Below, piece after piece: positions 10,744-22,180 of a stretch of 64,000 nt of DNA (position 1 is its first letter; each line of letters opens with the position of its first letter). The notes beneath the pieces are model-generated. The model saw nothing but the letters and a program-made list of their open reading frames with translations, did no database searches and had not been told where the DNA came from. A program made the position numbers and the translations under genes. The DNA is taken from the NCBI GenBank assembly GCA_047495785.1, contig JBLDXI010000029.1:1736001-1800000 (forward strand), written 5' to 3'. The stretch comes from Lepidodermella squamata (taxonomy: Eukaryota; Animalia; Gastrotricha).

Positions 10744-13700
10744 ATGACCTCGAATCTGGTCGCTTTTGGCTGCGACGTTTTGCTTCCACAGACACTGAGC
10801 TCCCCGTCTTACACTCTTGACGGCTGGTTCAATGACCCGCAGGATCCTTCCGTTGGTGCCGTTGGGGCGCCTCTGGCCCATTACGGCTATTTCTCGCAGT
10901 ACGACGTAGACCCGATTGACCTACTAACCGCGACAAAACAGCTGTTTTACGTGAAAGGAACTGCGACTACGACAGTTACATACTCAGCCTTCTTCGCTTT
11001 CTTTGCTCAGTTCGTTTTCATGGATCTAGTCGATGTATCGGCGCCAATTTGCCCGAGAGATTTTGTTCAGCTGTCCCGAACCGGTCCATCACATGTCGGC
11101 ATAGCAGCTAATCGACCTGGGACGTGGCTGACCCGCAGCGAGAAAGTTTCCGAATCTAATGAAGAATGCTCAGCAAGTTGGGCTTGGCGCCGGTCTGTGT
11201 CCCAGCAGGCCAAAAACTGGGCTACTGGCTACCTGGACGGGAGCGCTATTTACGGTGGGAATGGGCAGGTTGTAAGGTCACTTCGGGCGTTTCAGAACGG
11301 CAAAGTTGGAACTTGCAATGCTGGTGGCACTGTATGCGGGATTACCCTGGAAAAGGTTGAAAGCGTTTTCTTGGATAGCGCCCATGACTACCCTCAGCTG
11401 CCACGTTCGCCCTACATCAACGCAATTCGTCTGATGTGGCTTACTTGGCATAATGCTATTGCAGATGCGATAAAGGCGGAAGCTAAGGCTAAAAACATGG
11501 GGCCATACGGTGACGAATTCATCTTCAAAGAAGCTAGGTAAGCTAAGGGCATTTTGATTACATTTTTCCGAATTTTTTCGACTGTGGCCTTATTTATTAG
11601 GGATGTTATACAGATTGACTTAGTAGGCTTAGGAACTCAGTTCCAAAGGCGCCTTGGAGTTAAGCTTGGAGTTAAGGGGTAAGGTTGAGCTCTGGTGGAT
11701 AGAATCATTATAAATGGGATCTTAGAGTCGCTACGGAGTCCGTATCCATTCCGTATTCCGGTTAGGGATTTGTCTCAGGGCTGGCTTAGGTTTTTGTTTA
11801 GCTTGATGTTTGATGCTTGAAACCGTTTTATTAGTAAAGAAACACTCCTATTTATTCATTTCTAATGTAATTGCAGACGCTGGACGGTAGCTAACTTTCA
11901 ATCAGTGGTTGAGAACGAATTCCTACCTCTTCTAATTGGCGGAACTGACCCTGTTACAACCGAAGATCTATCAAGCCTTAAAATTTTCGACTCATTTGCA
12001 GCTGCTGCTATCATCTATCCTTTGTTCTATGTTCCAAGAGCTGTTTTGAAGTTGCATGTCTCCGGGGTTTGCACTGCATCGAAGTCTATTGGAGAAACGC
12101 AACGGCTGTGCTTAACCTCCGACTCTCAGTCCTACTCGGATCTGCTGTTAAACATGCTAGCAACTCCTGCTAAGCCTATGGATTACACAGCCGTTGATGA
12201 TCTATCGAAAACAAGGTCATCAGCCGAAGAAACTGTCGATGTACTAGCGATAGCCATAGCTCGCGGTCGAGACTTATCGCTACCGAACTACAGCGATATG
12301 AGACGGTATCTCGACCAAAAACCTAAGTTTGAAATGACATGGTCGGAGTACATTAACGAATGTGCCGGTAATGCGGACTGTTTGAACTACGTCACTCGAC
12401 TTCAACAAGTTTTCCCTAACGCGGCCGAGGTTGACTTGCTGCCTGGAGCTTTGGTCAACTACGACAGGGTCCTGAAAAAGATCATGTTTGACCAATTCCG
12501 TAACATCAGGAGAAACGACCCGCTTTGGTACACATCAAAGCGGTCGACTCAATTTTCAGAGTCTCAAATTTATTGCTTGAAAAACACCACCCTTGCGCAA
12601 ATCCTGGTCGCTGTAACGAAAGGGAGCACAGTTCAGCCGAATGTTTTCCAAATCAAAGATAACACCTGTTGGAAGAGCCTTCAACCCGCTGATTTGAAGC
12701 TTGTCAATGAGACGAATTTATCAAAAACTTGCCCGTTCCTCGTCACACCCGTTGCGGAAGTTGTAGTCCCAGTAATCCTGACGATTATCGGATTAGTTAT
12801 CTTCATTTTGATAATCGTTGCTTGTTTGTATTGGCCGCAAATTTCCAAACGAGCAAAGGCGCGAGTCGCAGCAGCAAAGCTGAAAAAGGCTAGTGCAATC
12901 AAAACCGAGAGTGGCTTCCTTGTCCGGGAATACCTCGGGAAACGAGGGTTCCAATCGAAATGGCGTCATGTCTTTGTCGAGTTCAATAAGAAAGAGAAGT
13001 CAATCTGCTTGTTCAACCCCCTGGAGCGGAAGACCATACTGAGGAAAGTGATATTCTTCGAGAGCCAAGGTCAGACCAACAGTGCTGAAACTAGGCGACA
13101 GTCTTACATTCTAACTGAGTCTGAGTTTTTGATATCACTCCGAATACCGGCCGACGCTCATCTAGTCCTGAAGTTTGGAGATGAGGAAACCCGACAGTCC
13201 TTTGTGAACTCTGCGATTGAATTCACGAATTCAATCGGAGGCGAGGTTATTCGGACAAGGGCAGCCCGAAATGTGCTGCTTCAAAGCTGCATAACTAAGG
13301 AAGAGCATCAACGAGGTATCGAAGCTTTACTTCGAACTGCTTTATTGGAAGCTTCAACTGGGAAATTTGAACCCCCAAAGAAGAACGAAGGCGTTTTTCA
13401 TTTCAGCGAAATTACTTTGGTGGAACTAGCTTCCTTGCTAAGGACAGGTGCGACTGATAGATTTACGGTCGCTTTGTTCAATTTCATCGACAAAGACCGC
13501 AGTGGATCGATTGCATATCGAGAGCTTGTCGATTTCATCATGCAAATCGCTAAGGGTAGCGAAAAAGATCGTCTGGCCTTACTGTTCAAGCTCTACGACA
13601 CAAATGGCGACGGCCAGTTGAGTTACGACGAGTTCTCTTCCATGCTTGCTTCACTCTCTGGCAGTCAGAAAATTTCCAATGATGTTTTGAGGAAGCTGTT

Positions 13701-15519
13701 CGATGAAATTGTTAAAAACCGTATCGATGAAGACAGTGATGAGGCGCATATGACTTTCGATGACTTGTGGCAGATTTTCGAACAGAACAAAAACCAGATC
13801 AACTTGAACGCAATGACGTTACCTGGGATCCTACCTGATAATTGGGAGAAGAAGAAATCATCAGATGAAAATGCAACCAGGCAAACTTCTGTCCTAGCGC
13901 AGCCGGTGATTGTTGAAACAAGCGCTAGCCCGGCAACTAGCGTTGGTGATGGGGAAGATGAAAACAAAGGATTTTTCACGCTTGTCCATGCCTTCATCGA
14001 AAGCTTTGGCCTCGAGCTGTTCTGGGGCATACTTTACGTCAGCACTTGCATTGGGCTATTCTTGCTCCGATTCACTCAATCTTACACTGGGCAGAAGGCA
14101 GTTATTGCCGTAGTTGGTCTAGGGGCTCCATTTGCTAGAGCTGCAGCTATTGTTATCAGCTTCACCTTTGCCACAATGATCCTGCTTATGGCTCGAAACG
14201 TTTTCACATACATAAGAGAAACTGGGCTGCGACACTATTTCCCTTTCGATTCCCTGGTTGAGGCTCATAAGTTCATTTCTGTCATAAATTTACTTGCTTC
14301 TACAGTGCACACTCTGGCTCATGTCTCCAATTTCTATTTTCTGAGCCAGCTTGCACCGGCTGATCTTTGGTGCCTTATGCCTGAATTGAAGGGACAATAC
14401 CCATCTGCAGGGCAAAATATGTTCATTTGGCTTGGCTTTCAAACTCTGACTGGCTTAACGGGTTTCCTCCTGGTCGGAGTTTACGTCCCTATATTCGCCT
14501 TTGCATTCGGCAGAGCATTTGCTTTCCGCCAATTTTGGATCACCCACCAGCTTTGGATTATCGCTGCATTCCTCCTGCTGATTCATGGTTTGGGCTGTTT
14601 ACTTCAAACGCCGCTTTTCTACGCTTTCTTCTTGGGACCGGCGATTGTTCTAGCGATCGATAGGATTCTCTCGTTGATAAGAAGTCACTCGGACTTGCCG
14701 GTGGTTTCAGCTACGCCTTTACCTTCTGGCGTTACGAGGCTTGTCTTCAAGAAACCCCAAGAGTTACAATACGTTGCCGGGCAGTGGGTACGAATTCGAG
14801 TTCCGGAATGCGGGCAAGAATTTCACCCATTCACTTTAACCAGCGCACCCCATGAGCCCAATATGTCCCTCCACATAATGACTGTAGGGCCTTGGACGAG
14901 GAAACTTCACAAAATCGTGAATTCTCCGAAAATCGATCCGATATCTTTCGTGAAGATTGAAGGCCCATATGGCGAGGGACATCAAGATTGGCACAGGAGT
15001 GATGTAGCAGTCTTAGTTGGAGCTGGCATTGGCGTTACACCCTTCGCCTCAATTTTAAAACACATATCCCACATGCTGTCCTTTTCTTACATGCCATATG
15101 ACTGCAAAAAGGTCTACTTCTTCTGGATCACAAGGAATCAACAACAGTTTGAGTGGTTCACGGATATCATCAGGGAGGAGGAGGCGGTTGATAATGGAAA
15201 TTTCGTGTCATCCCACATCTGCATTACTCAATTCCAGTCCAAGTTCGACTTCAGAACAATCATGCTCTATCTTTGCGAGCGACATTTCCAGAAAATGCAT
15301 GGGAGGAGTATATTCACCGGCCTGAAAGCTACGACTCATTTCGGGCGGCCTAATTTTGTCGACACTTTTCGAACTTTAAAGGAAGTTCACTCAACAGCGA
15401 GGTCAATTGGTGTTTTTACCTGCGGGCCGAACGCGATTATTCCGTCCGTTGAACAGGCAGTCCGAGAAAACAACAAATTCGAAGGTCCACTGATAACACA
15501 TTATTACGAAACATTCTGA
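10744..15519 (+). CDS. Duox: Dual oxidase (peroxidase-like domain, TM, EF-hands, NADPH oxidase core)
   Basis: DGWFN..P..G start of the peroxidase-like domain. Intron 11538-11876 joins EAR/RWTVANFQ in frame. EF-hands DKDRSGSIAYRE and DTNGDGQLSYDE, heme His pairs, HPFTLTSAP, GAGIGVTPF, FTCGP, terminal HYYETF. True first exon uncertain (likely acceptor at 10791). Confidence 0.95.
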
Positions 15520-16235
15520 AATAATATGCTATTCCTTTTTCTATTCTGAAAACAAAATGAAATATAAAGGGAGTTTTCATGCTTATTTTATCATTTTGCA
15601 AGCTTTTTTGCCTGTCAACTATTTTCCATAACAATGAGAATGGCCGTATCAATCGATACTTGCACGGTTTTGAAAATGAAATTGTGATTGTGATCAAGAG
15701 GGTAATATCGAATTTGAATGTTGCGGAACCAGACTTATTAATTAAAAATTAGAGGTGTAATTTCGATTTTCCAATACTATTTAAATCAAGGATGTGTTCT
15801 GATAGTGAGGGCCAGGCTTTATGCAGGATGCAGGCGGCATTTTAACGTGATAAATGTTTATTATGTTGAATTAATTGTGAAATTCCAGAAAATTCAGAGA
15901 AGGAAGCTTCAGCAAAGGTTTCGTTAATGGCGAAGCGCAGGTTACCTCTCACATGGCGCCCTGCCGGTTGAGATGCTCCCTGTAACTAACATATTAGCCT
16001 TTTAACTGTTTCTTCAGGTCAATTTTTTCATCAAGTGATTCATTAAGGTGAAGCAAGGTGACTAAAATCTCGTGAACACGCGAGGCGTCACAGTAACAAA
16101 TCAATGAAAAAGCTTTTTAACATTAGATCCCTAATATCTCTGGCAACAATCAGCACGAATACGCCCCTGCATTAGCGTAGTTTAGCATGCTAAAGTAGCT
16201 CTGGTTGTTTTTAAAGATCCTGATAATTAGCAGGA

Positions 16236-18584
16236 ATGCTAAGAGGGTCACGCCAGAACTCATTAGGCCGGCAAAATTCAAAGATCCAACCTCTAATAAG
16301 ATTAGCAATGATCGTCGCAATACTTTTCCTAACTTTTAGCGCTATATCTGCGTCGAAGCCGTATCGCCTTCGATTGCTTTCGAATGTCCCGATATCTGAC
16401 GCAGCACCATACGGCGTGAAAGTGTGGCCTGCTGCTCAACAAATGCTTATTGATATAGTCAACAACCGCAGTGACATTTTGCCAGACTACCACGTTGAGC
16501 TCGAGATTTTAGACGAAGGCTCGTCCTCAACATGGGCTGTAGCAAATGTGATTAAAGCTTTGCGTAAGATTGATGATCGAAATGTCTACACGTCTCCTGT
16601 AACTATTGGAACTGTTTCTACGCCGGGATGCAAAGCTTGGGGATCGACAGCTCACTTGATGAATGCTGTAGCAATAGCTGCGAGTTGCTACTCAGCGATT
16701 CACACAGCACGTCGTGATGTCTACCCTAATATGTACCGAATCAGGGCAGGCTTTCAAACCGACCTAATGACGCGACTTGTAGCGATCTCATCCCTTGGCA
16801 ACTGGTCAAGAATCGCGATTATATCGACTATCAACGGAGCATCTGGCAATCCAACAGGCTTCGACGCTTCCCTTATGCTTTATAGGCTGGCTGTAAAAGC
16901 TGGTTTGAATGTTGTTAGGTTCGAAACGGCCATTGATTTCAGCGCAGAGGCCTACGAAGAGTTGATCAAGGAGGACGTTCGAATTATCAGCTTCGATCCG
17001 GCAGATTACTTCAATAGCATCAGATTCCTCTGCCGAAGCTACAAATTTGGTATCCGAGGGGCAAAGTACAGATTTTTTATTTCTGCGAATTACTACAACG
17101 ATCCCTCCTGGACGCCTAGTTCAAAACTCCCGGAAGGCTGTTCCATGGAGAATTACATGGATCAACTAGAGATTACCATCTTCGCCGGGGTTGGCTATTC
17201 ATCACTCATACCTTACCAAGGCAAAGATTCAGTGGGCTTGACCGTTCAGGAATTTGAGGAAAAACTTGGTAGATTGACAAATTTTTCTAAATGGATTGAT
17301 TGGCCATTCCGACAGAGTGCCTATGATGTCGCATTGATGGGTATACTCATTCTCGATAACACCGAGAAAAATCTAAAACTCAAGAATATGTCGCTTCGAG
17401 ATTACTCAGACGCCCCCTTCGAAGTAATGACGGCTGCAAATATCAGCGCCAGTTCGATAAAATACGACGGAATACGATTTGGCCACTTTGAATACGGCCC
17501 TCGGCTTGAAATTGATCAGCAACCCCAAATGGTAGCAACGTGGTCTCGCGAGTCTGGTTTAAAGTCTCGGTATGAAATTTCCTTAAGGAGAGACGCTTCG
17601 GATTTTGCATCGCTACAATCGTTCACCCTGAGAAAAGTGTCGCCGTTTCCTGACGGTCTTCTACCACGCGATAGAGGCTACTACGAAACGCTACAAACAG
17701 GTATATCAACAGTATCTTTCGCCGTCATAGCAGCAATTTCTCTAATATTCTTGTGCCTGCAACTCTTTTTGAGCCTTCCTAAAGTTTCCAAAGCTAAACC
17801 GAAAAGTGCGAAGTTGTACGAACTTCTGGCTATGTTGAGCTTCTCATTGATTGCAGTAGGGACTATAACTGTTTCTGTACCTTCAAATAATCGGTCTGTA
17901 GGGGTGTGCAATTCCGCAGTAGTCGCAATATCGTTTGGAATTTCTCTACTCTATTCGTTTGTTGTTTTCAAATTGCAGGAGGAAATAACCATTTTACAGA
18001 AGTTTTCACTGAAAGGGAAGTCAAAAGCTCTATGCGCACCTTCAGAATTTGAGTTAGATTATCGCAGGATTTTGAAAAGATCCATAGCATATACTGCTCT
18101 AAATTTGCTGGTTATTCTTGCTTGGCTTATTTCCGATCCTTTAGCGGTTGTAAGGACAACTTTTCAAACGGATTATTCTTTAGAATCTGACACATACTAT
18201 CAGACCTTTCATGCTTATTGTTTTTCTACTAACTCGCTTAAATGGCTGGCTCCAATGCTGGTTTTGGACTTGTTACTGCTACTCACTGGACTGTTCATGA
18301 CGGTTAAATATCGCAGTCATCCAAGTCTGAAACTATACCCTATTGCCAGGCGATCAATGGCTGCAACTATTTTCTTGCTGACCTTCTTCATGGCAACTGT
18401 CGCTGTGTGTTTCATAGTAGCAAGTATGACAATGGTTGAAGCTACCATCGCTGTATCATTGATTATTCAATCTGGTGGCACTTTCGCTTTACTGCGTATT
18501 GTAAAATCAAATCGAAAATTGGGGATGGTAAAATCAGAGGTAAACAGCTTTACTAGAGGAAACGAACTGCATGAGGACAGATGA
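16236..18584 (+). CDS. GABA-B-like class C GPCR, single exon
   Basis: Signal peptide (probable start at MIVAILF, 16308). VNNRSDILPDYHVEL Venus-flytrap motif. No Cys-rich domain. Seven hydrophobic helices with TM3 Cys, W..DPL and ECL2 Cys. Confidence 0.85.
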   Translation: MLRGSRQNSLGRQNSKIQPLIRLAMIVAILFLTFSAISASKPYRLRLLSNVPISDAAPYGVKVWPAAQQMLIDIVNNRSDILPDYHVELEILDEGSSSTWAVANVIKALRKIDDRNVYTSPVTIGTVSTPGCKAWGSTAHLMNAVAIAASCYSAIHTARRDVYPNMYRIRAGFQTDLMTRLVAISSLGNWSRIAIISTINGASGNPTGFDASLMLYRLAVKAGLNVVRFETAIDFSAEAYEELIKEDVRIISFDPADYFNSIRFLCRSYKFGIRGAKYRFFISANYYNDPSWTPSSKLPEGCSMENYMDQLEITIFAGVGYSSLIPYQGKDSVGLTVQEFEEKLGRLTNFSKWIDWPFRQSAYDVALMGILILDNTEKNLKLKNMSLRDYSDAPFEVMTAANISASSIKYDGIRFGHFEYGPRLEIDQQPQMVATWSRESGLKSRYEISLRRDASDFASLQSFTLRKVSPFPDGLLPRDRGYYETLQTGISTVSFAVIAAISLIFLCLQLFLSLPKVSKAKPKSAKLYELLAMLSFSLIAVGTITVSVPSNNRSVGVCNSAVVAISFGISLLYSFVVFKLQEEITILQKFSLKGKSKALCAPSEFELDYRRILKRSIAYTALNLLVILAWLISDPLAVVRTTFQTDYSLESDTYYQTFHAYCFSTNSLKWLAPMLVLDLLLLLTGLFMTVKYRSHPSLKLYPIARRSMAATIFLLTFFMATVAVCFIVASMTMVEATIAVSLIIQSGGTFALLRIVKSNRKLGMVKSEVNSFTRGNELHEDR

Positions 18585-19828
18585 AATTGCCTGTGTCGTT
18601 AACTTCAATATTTCCTGCGATCACTTGGATTCACTTAGGGAGGAGGAGGTATGGGAAGGGTTCTTCGAAAGAGCCATATCAACTGTCAGCATTGAGAATA
18701 GATTGTTTGGTTGTCCAGATTTCGGAAAACGTGATCAATGACTGAAAATGAATGTGTGCAATAAATTATTTTTGTAACAACGGACAACTCGGTTCACTGC
18801 TGGAGTTTTTCTGATGTGCGACTTCTTCTAGGATTTTAAGCTTCGCCGTGAAAAATCAACACTGAAGGCTTCTAAACTGATTGGCCAGATTATGTACATC
18901 ACGTGAGGCAAATGACGCCATGTGCGAATGGGTTCCAACATAGTTTTCACATATAACTGTCATAGGCTATTTATTGTAAATCAAATTGCTCTTTCACTCG
19001 AATTTGGGATTCTTGGGCCTTCTGTGGCTCGTTGACCTTTTGTAGCCGATGGATGAGATTTCACGATTCCGAAGCCTGGTCAGCACCTGCGATCATCGTA
19101 AACTTCTGCCCATGAGGCTAACTGTAGGGTCTCATGCGTCTGCCTCTGGTATTGGCCGGGTTATTTTCTGTCCTCAATCAGCGATCTAACCCTCTTTTGA
19201 AGCATTATCTTCTCGGTCTTCTCGGTCTTCACCCTTTTCACGGCACGTGCAGCACATGGCGCATTCAGACCGTTCGAAAAATAGTCGAAACAACTGAACT
19301 TCTTTCAGACCGGACTAAAAAACACACCCCTGGCTGATATTACGTGGTCGTTGCTTCTCTTGCGATGAATCAGCTTGTTTAGCAGCGCACCACGAAGGAG
19401 TCATATAGGAGCCTAATCATATTGTCCGGCTTACTCGGGATTCCCTTGCTTCTCAAACTTGCTTCTCAAACTTGCTTCTCAAACTCAACGATACCGTCTT
19501 TCCATCTGCACTCTGTACCCTGAATCGGCGTAGGTTGGTATGTAACTTCGAATCATCTCCACAATCCATCGATTGAATTGAAATGACCTGAACTATGAAG
19601 AAAATTCAGGAGATATTGTTCCGACTTCGATCAGATCAATCACCTAATGCAGGGTGCACAAAGCATCTTGATGAAGTTGAAATAGGTTCCGAAAGCGTAA
19701 TTCAAGAGTCGCGCAACTACAAAAGCGCGTGGGCGGACTTTCTATTGACATGGAAACAATGCCTGCACCCTGAACCTGTATAAAATTCAGACAAAGGTAA
19801 CAACAGTAATGCTAATACACTTTCAGCA

Positions 19829-21862
19829 ATGGCGAAATATAGCTACTTGTTAATCTGTCTACCAATACTTTCATCAAGTGTTAACGCAGCCCTAGGTAAC
19901 ATCCGTGCAGGTAATGCATGTTGAATGTGTGATTCAGAGTTGCCACCACTAGATCCTTCTTCCTATCTTTGCGATTTGAGCGTCACAAACCTCAATCCTC
20001 AGACAGGTCGTGGTGGGCGAGACGAATTCGAGGGTTCTGACATCAAAAACATGCCTTGGGTAGCGCTTTTTCAACAAGAACGAGGTCGCGGTGCAAAGTG
20101 TGCTGGAGCCATAATTGGCCCATCGTTAATTGTAACAGCAGCCGGCTGCTTTTATGAGTATGACATTGACATTTTTTAGTTTTAGTTGGGAATTTACTGT
20201 GACATTCTTAGGAATGAGAAGTTAATCGACTATCAGACTATCAGGGTGCTTGTCGGCACCTCGCAATCCAACTCGAGTGTCAGCCCCATCTCCATCACAA
20301 GTGTTATCTTCCACGAGCAGTTCAGCCCGGTTAGGGAAGAAAATAACCTCGCTCTAGTGGTTATAGCAGGTAGGTTCAACTATTCCGAAAATAACTGTGT
20401 ATTACTGACCTTCACGGCAGCTCAACTTGTATGGAATGAAACTGTCAAATCCATTTGCCTACCAAATGGCTGTCTCTACGAAACCCCGCTCAATGTCACC
20501 GATAATTGTATACTATCGTAAGAAAACAAATACCAGTTCTCAGCGAATTTAGGCGAGTGTAAAAATTTATAACTAGGACGTGGACGGGAATTACACCGGC
20601 AACATCAGCTAGTTTGGCTTCCATCTCTCGAACACTAAAAGGGCCGAATGAGTGTGACTTTCTGGAGGATCAAGGGGTGCAACTATCTTCCGATAAAATG
20701 GTTAGATTTCATCTATGGATAAGCTTTAATTATACATTTTATTAAAGCAATGCTTACCAAACATGCCTTGCGATAATGTAATGCCCGGCAGCCCACTCGC
20801 CTGCTCAGTTGGGTCGGAGCTGATTCTCCAAGGAATCACATCCGGGTTGCAGTACCAAAGAACTCCCAGATTGTAATTGAACATAATATTTCCAAATATG
20901 CGGTCATGATAGTATTGTTCAGCTGCGTGAATCGAGCTTCCAAAACATGTTCCTCAATAGACTGGATCCGTGAAAAGCTATCCTTGAATTCACCCCCGCC
21001 CAAACAATCATGCGGTCGAAGCCAATACAATGCTAGCGAAACGGGATATTTGAGAAACGCCGAGGCTCCATGGAATGCGATGATAATAAGTGACGGCACA
21101 GAGTGTTCTGGAACTCTGATCGACTCGCGGTGGCTGGTGACTTCAGCGAACTGCTTACCAGAGGCTGATTCTACCGATTTCGAGTAAGATATGAACATCA
21201 AAGCCAATTAGTAATTCTGACCTCATTCATAATCCCAGCAAGACCTCGGTGAATGTAACGGTCTCCGGAAACAAGTTTCCAGTTGCACGAATCGTGAAGC
21301 ATAACTCTTCAGACTTTGTTTTGATCAAGCTCGAAAGTCAGTTTTTAATTTTTTTAACCCTAATCGACATATCAAACTATAATTAGTCCAGGTCGGATAG
21401 TTGGCGTTGCACCCATATGCCTTCCAATCGAATGCGTAAATCTCGCCGACAAAGTTCTCTTTTCTTGTTCTACGTATGGCCGGGGCACAATTAACATCAA
21501 CAAACCGCCTGATTCCTCTTACCGAAAAATGACTCCGGTTTGATTGTCTAATGATATTTAGCTCGTGAACCTTATCATTTTCTTCATAGACATCGATAAC
21601 GTCCCGCGGTTATATCTCGAATAGTCAAGATGGCACGTGTATGGTGAGTTGAGGACTGATACTCCGTTATACTTATTTATTGCATTTGTAGGTTGATGTT
21701 GGAAGCCCGTTGTTATGCCGAGAGCGAAATGGACCTTGGACATTGTACGGAGTTATATCGGAACCAGACGGCGATGACTGCTCGCCAGATTTCGGCATCG
21801 TTCGCATGTCCAAGGTCTGCGACGCCATAGAATGGATCAACGAAATTATGATTTCACTTTGA
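19829..21862 (+). CDS. Secreted tandem trypsin-like serine protease homologue, both domains non-catalytic (multi-exon)
   Basis: Signal peptide MAKYSYLLICLPILSSSVNA. PW...CAGAII/CSGTLI motifs. TAAGC and TSANC replace TAAHC; MPGSPL and DVGSPL replace GDSGGP. Many short introns; ends EWINEIMISL. Confidence 0.8.
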
Positions 21863-22180
21863 TGATTGAGGTGCTTTAAAAATTCGAAATTTTAATTCAA
21901 CACCCTGTATTTTCTACCTATTGTCTACTCATCTATGCATCTATGCTCATAGTGCCAAACTTCTCAATATAGAGAGGGCGATGTAATGGTAATTTTAGTA
22001 TCGCGAAGTCTAGTTTAGTTGGCAATAATTACACGCATTTCTCACATTGTATTTTTCAATCATTAGCGCGCTCTACTCCTTTCTTTTGATCACCATAGAA
22101 GACATTATAACTTGTGATTCACATTACTCACCGCAAAATTATATAATGTTGAACATTGGGACGATAATTATATACACTTG

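Noticed and set aside
11600-11810. TTAGG-like words in the Duox intron as interstitial telomere
   Set aside because: Scattered and degenerate, with no tandem register.
19445-19485. Three copies of cttgcttctcaaa
   Set aside because: Simple local slippage repeat with no further structure.
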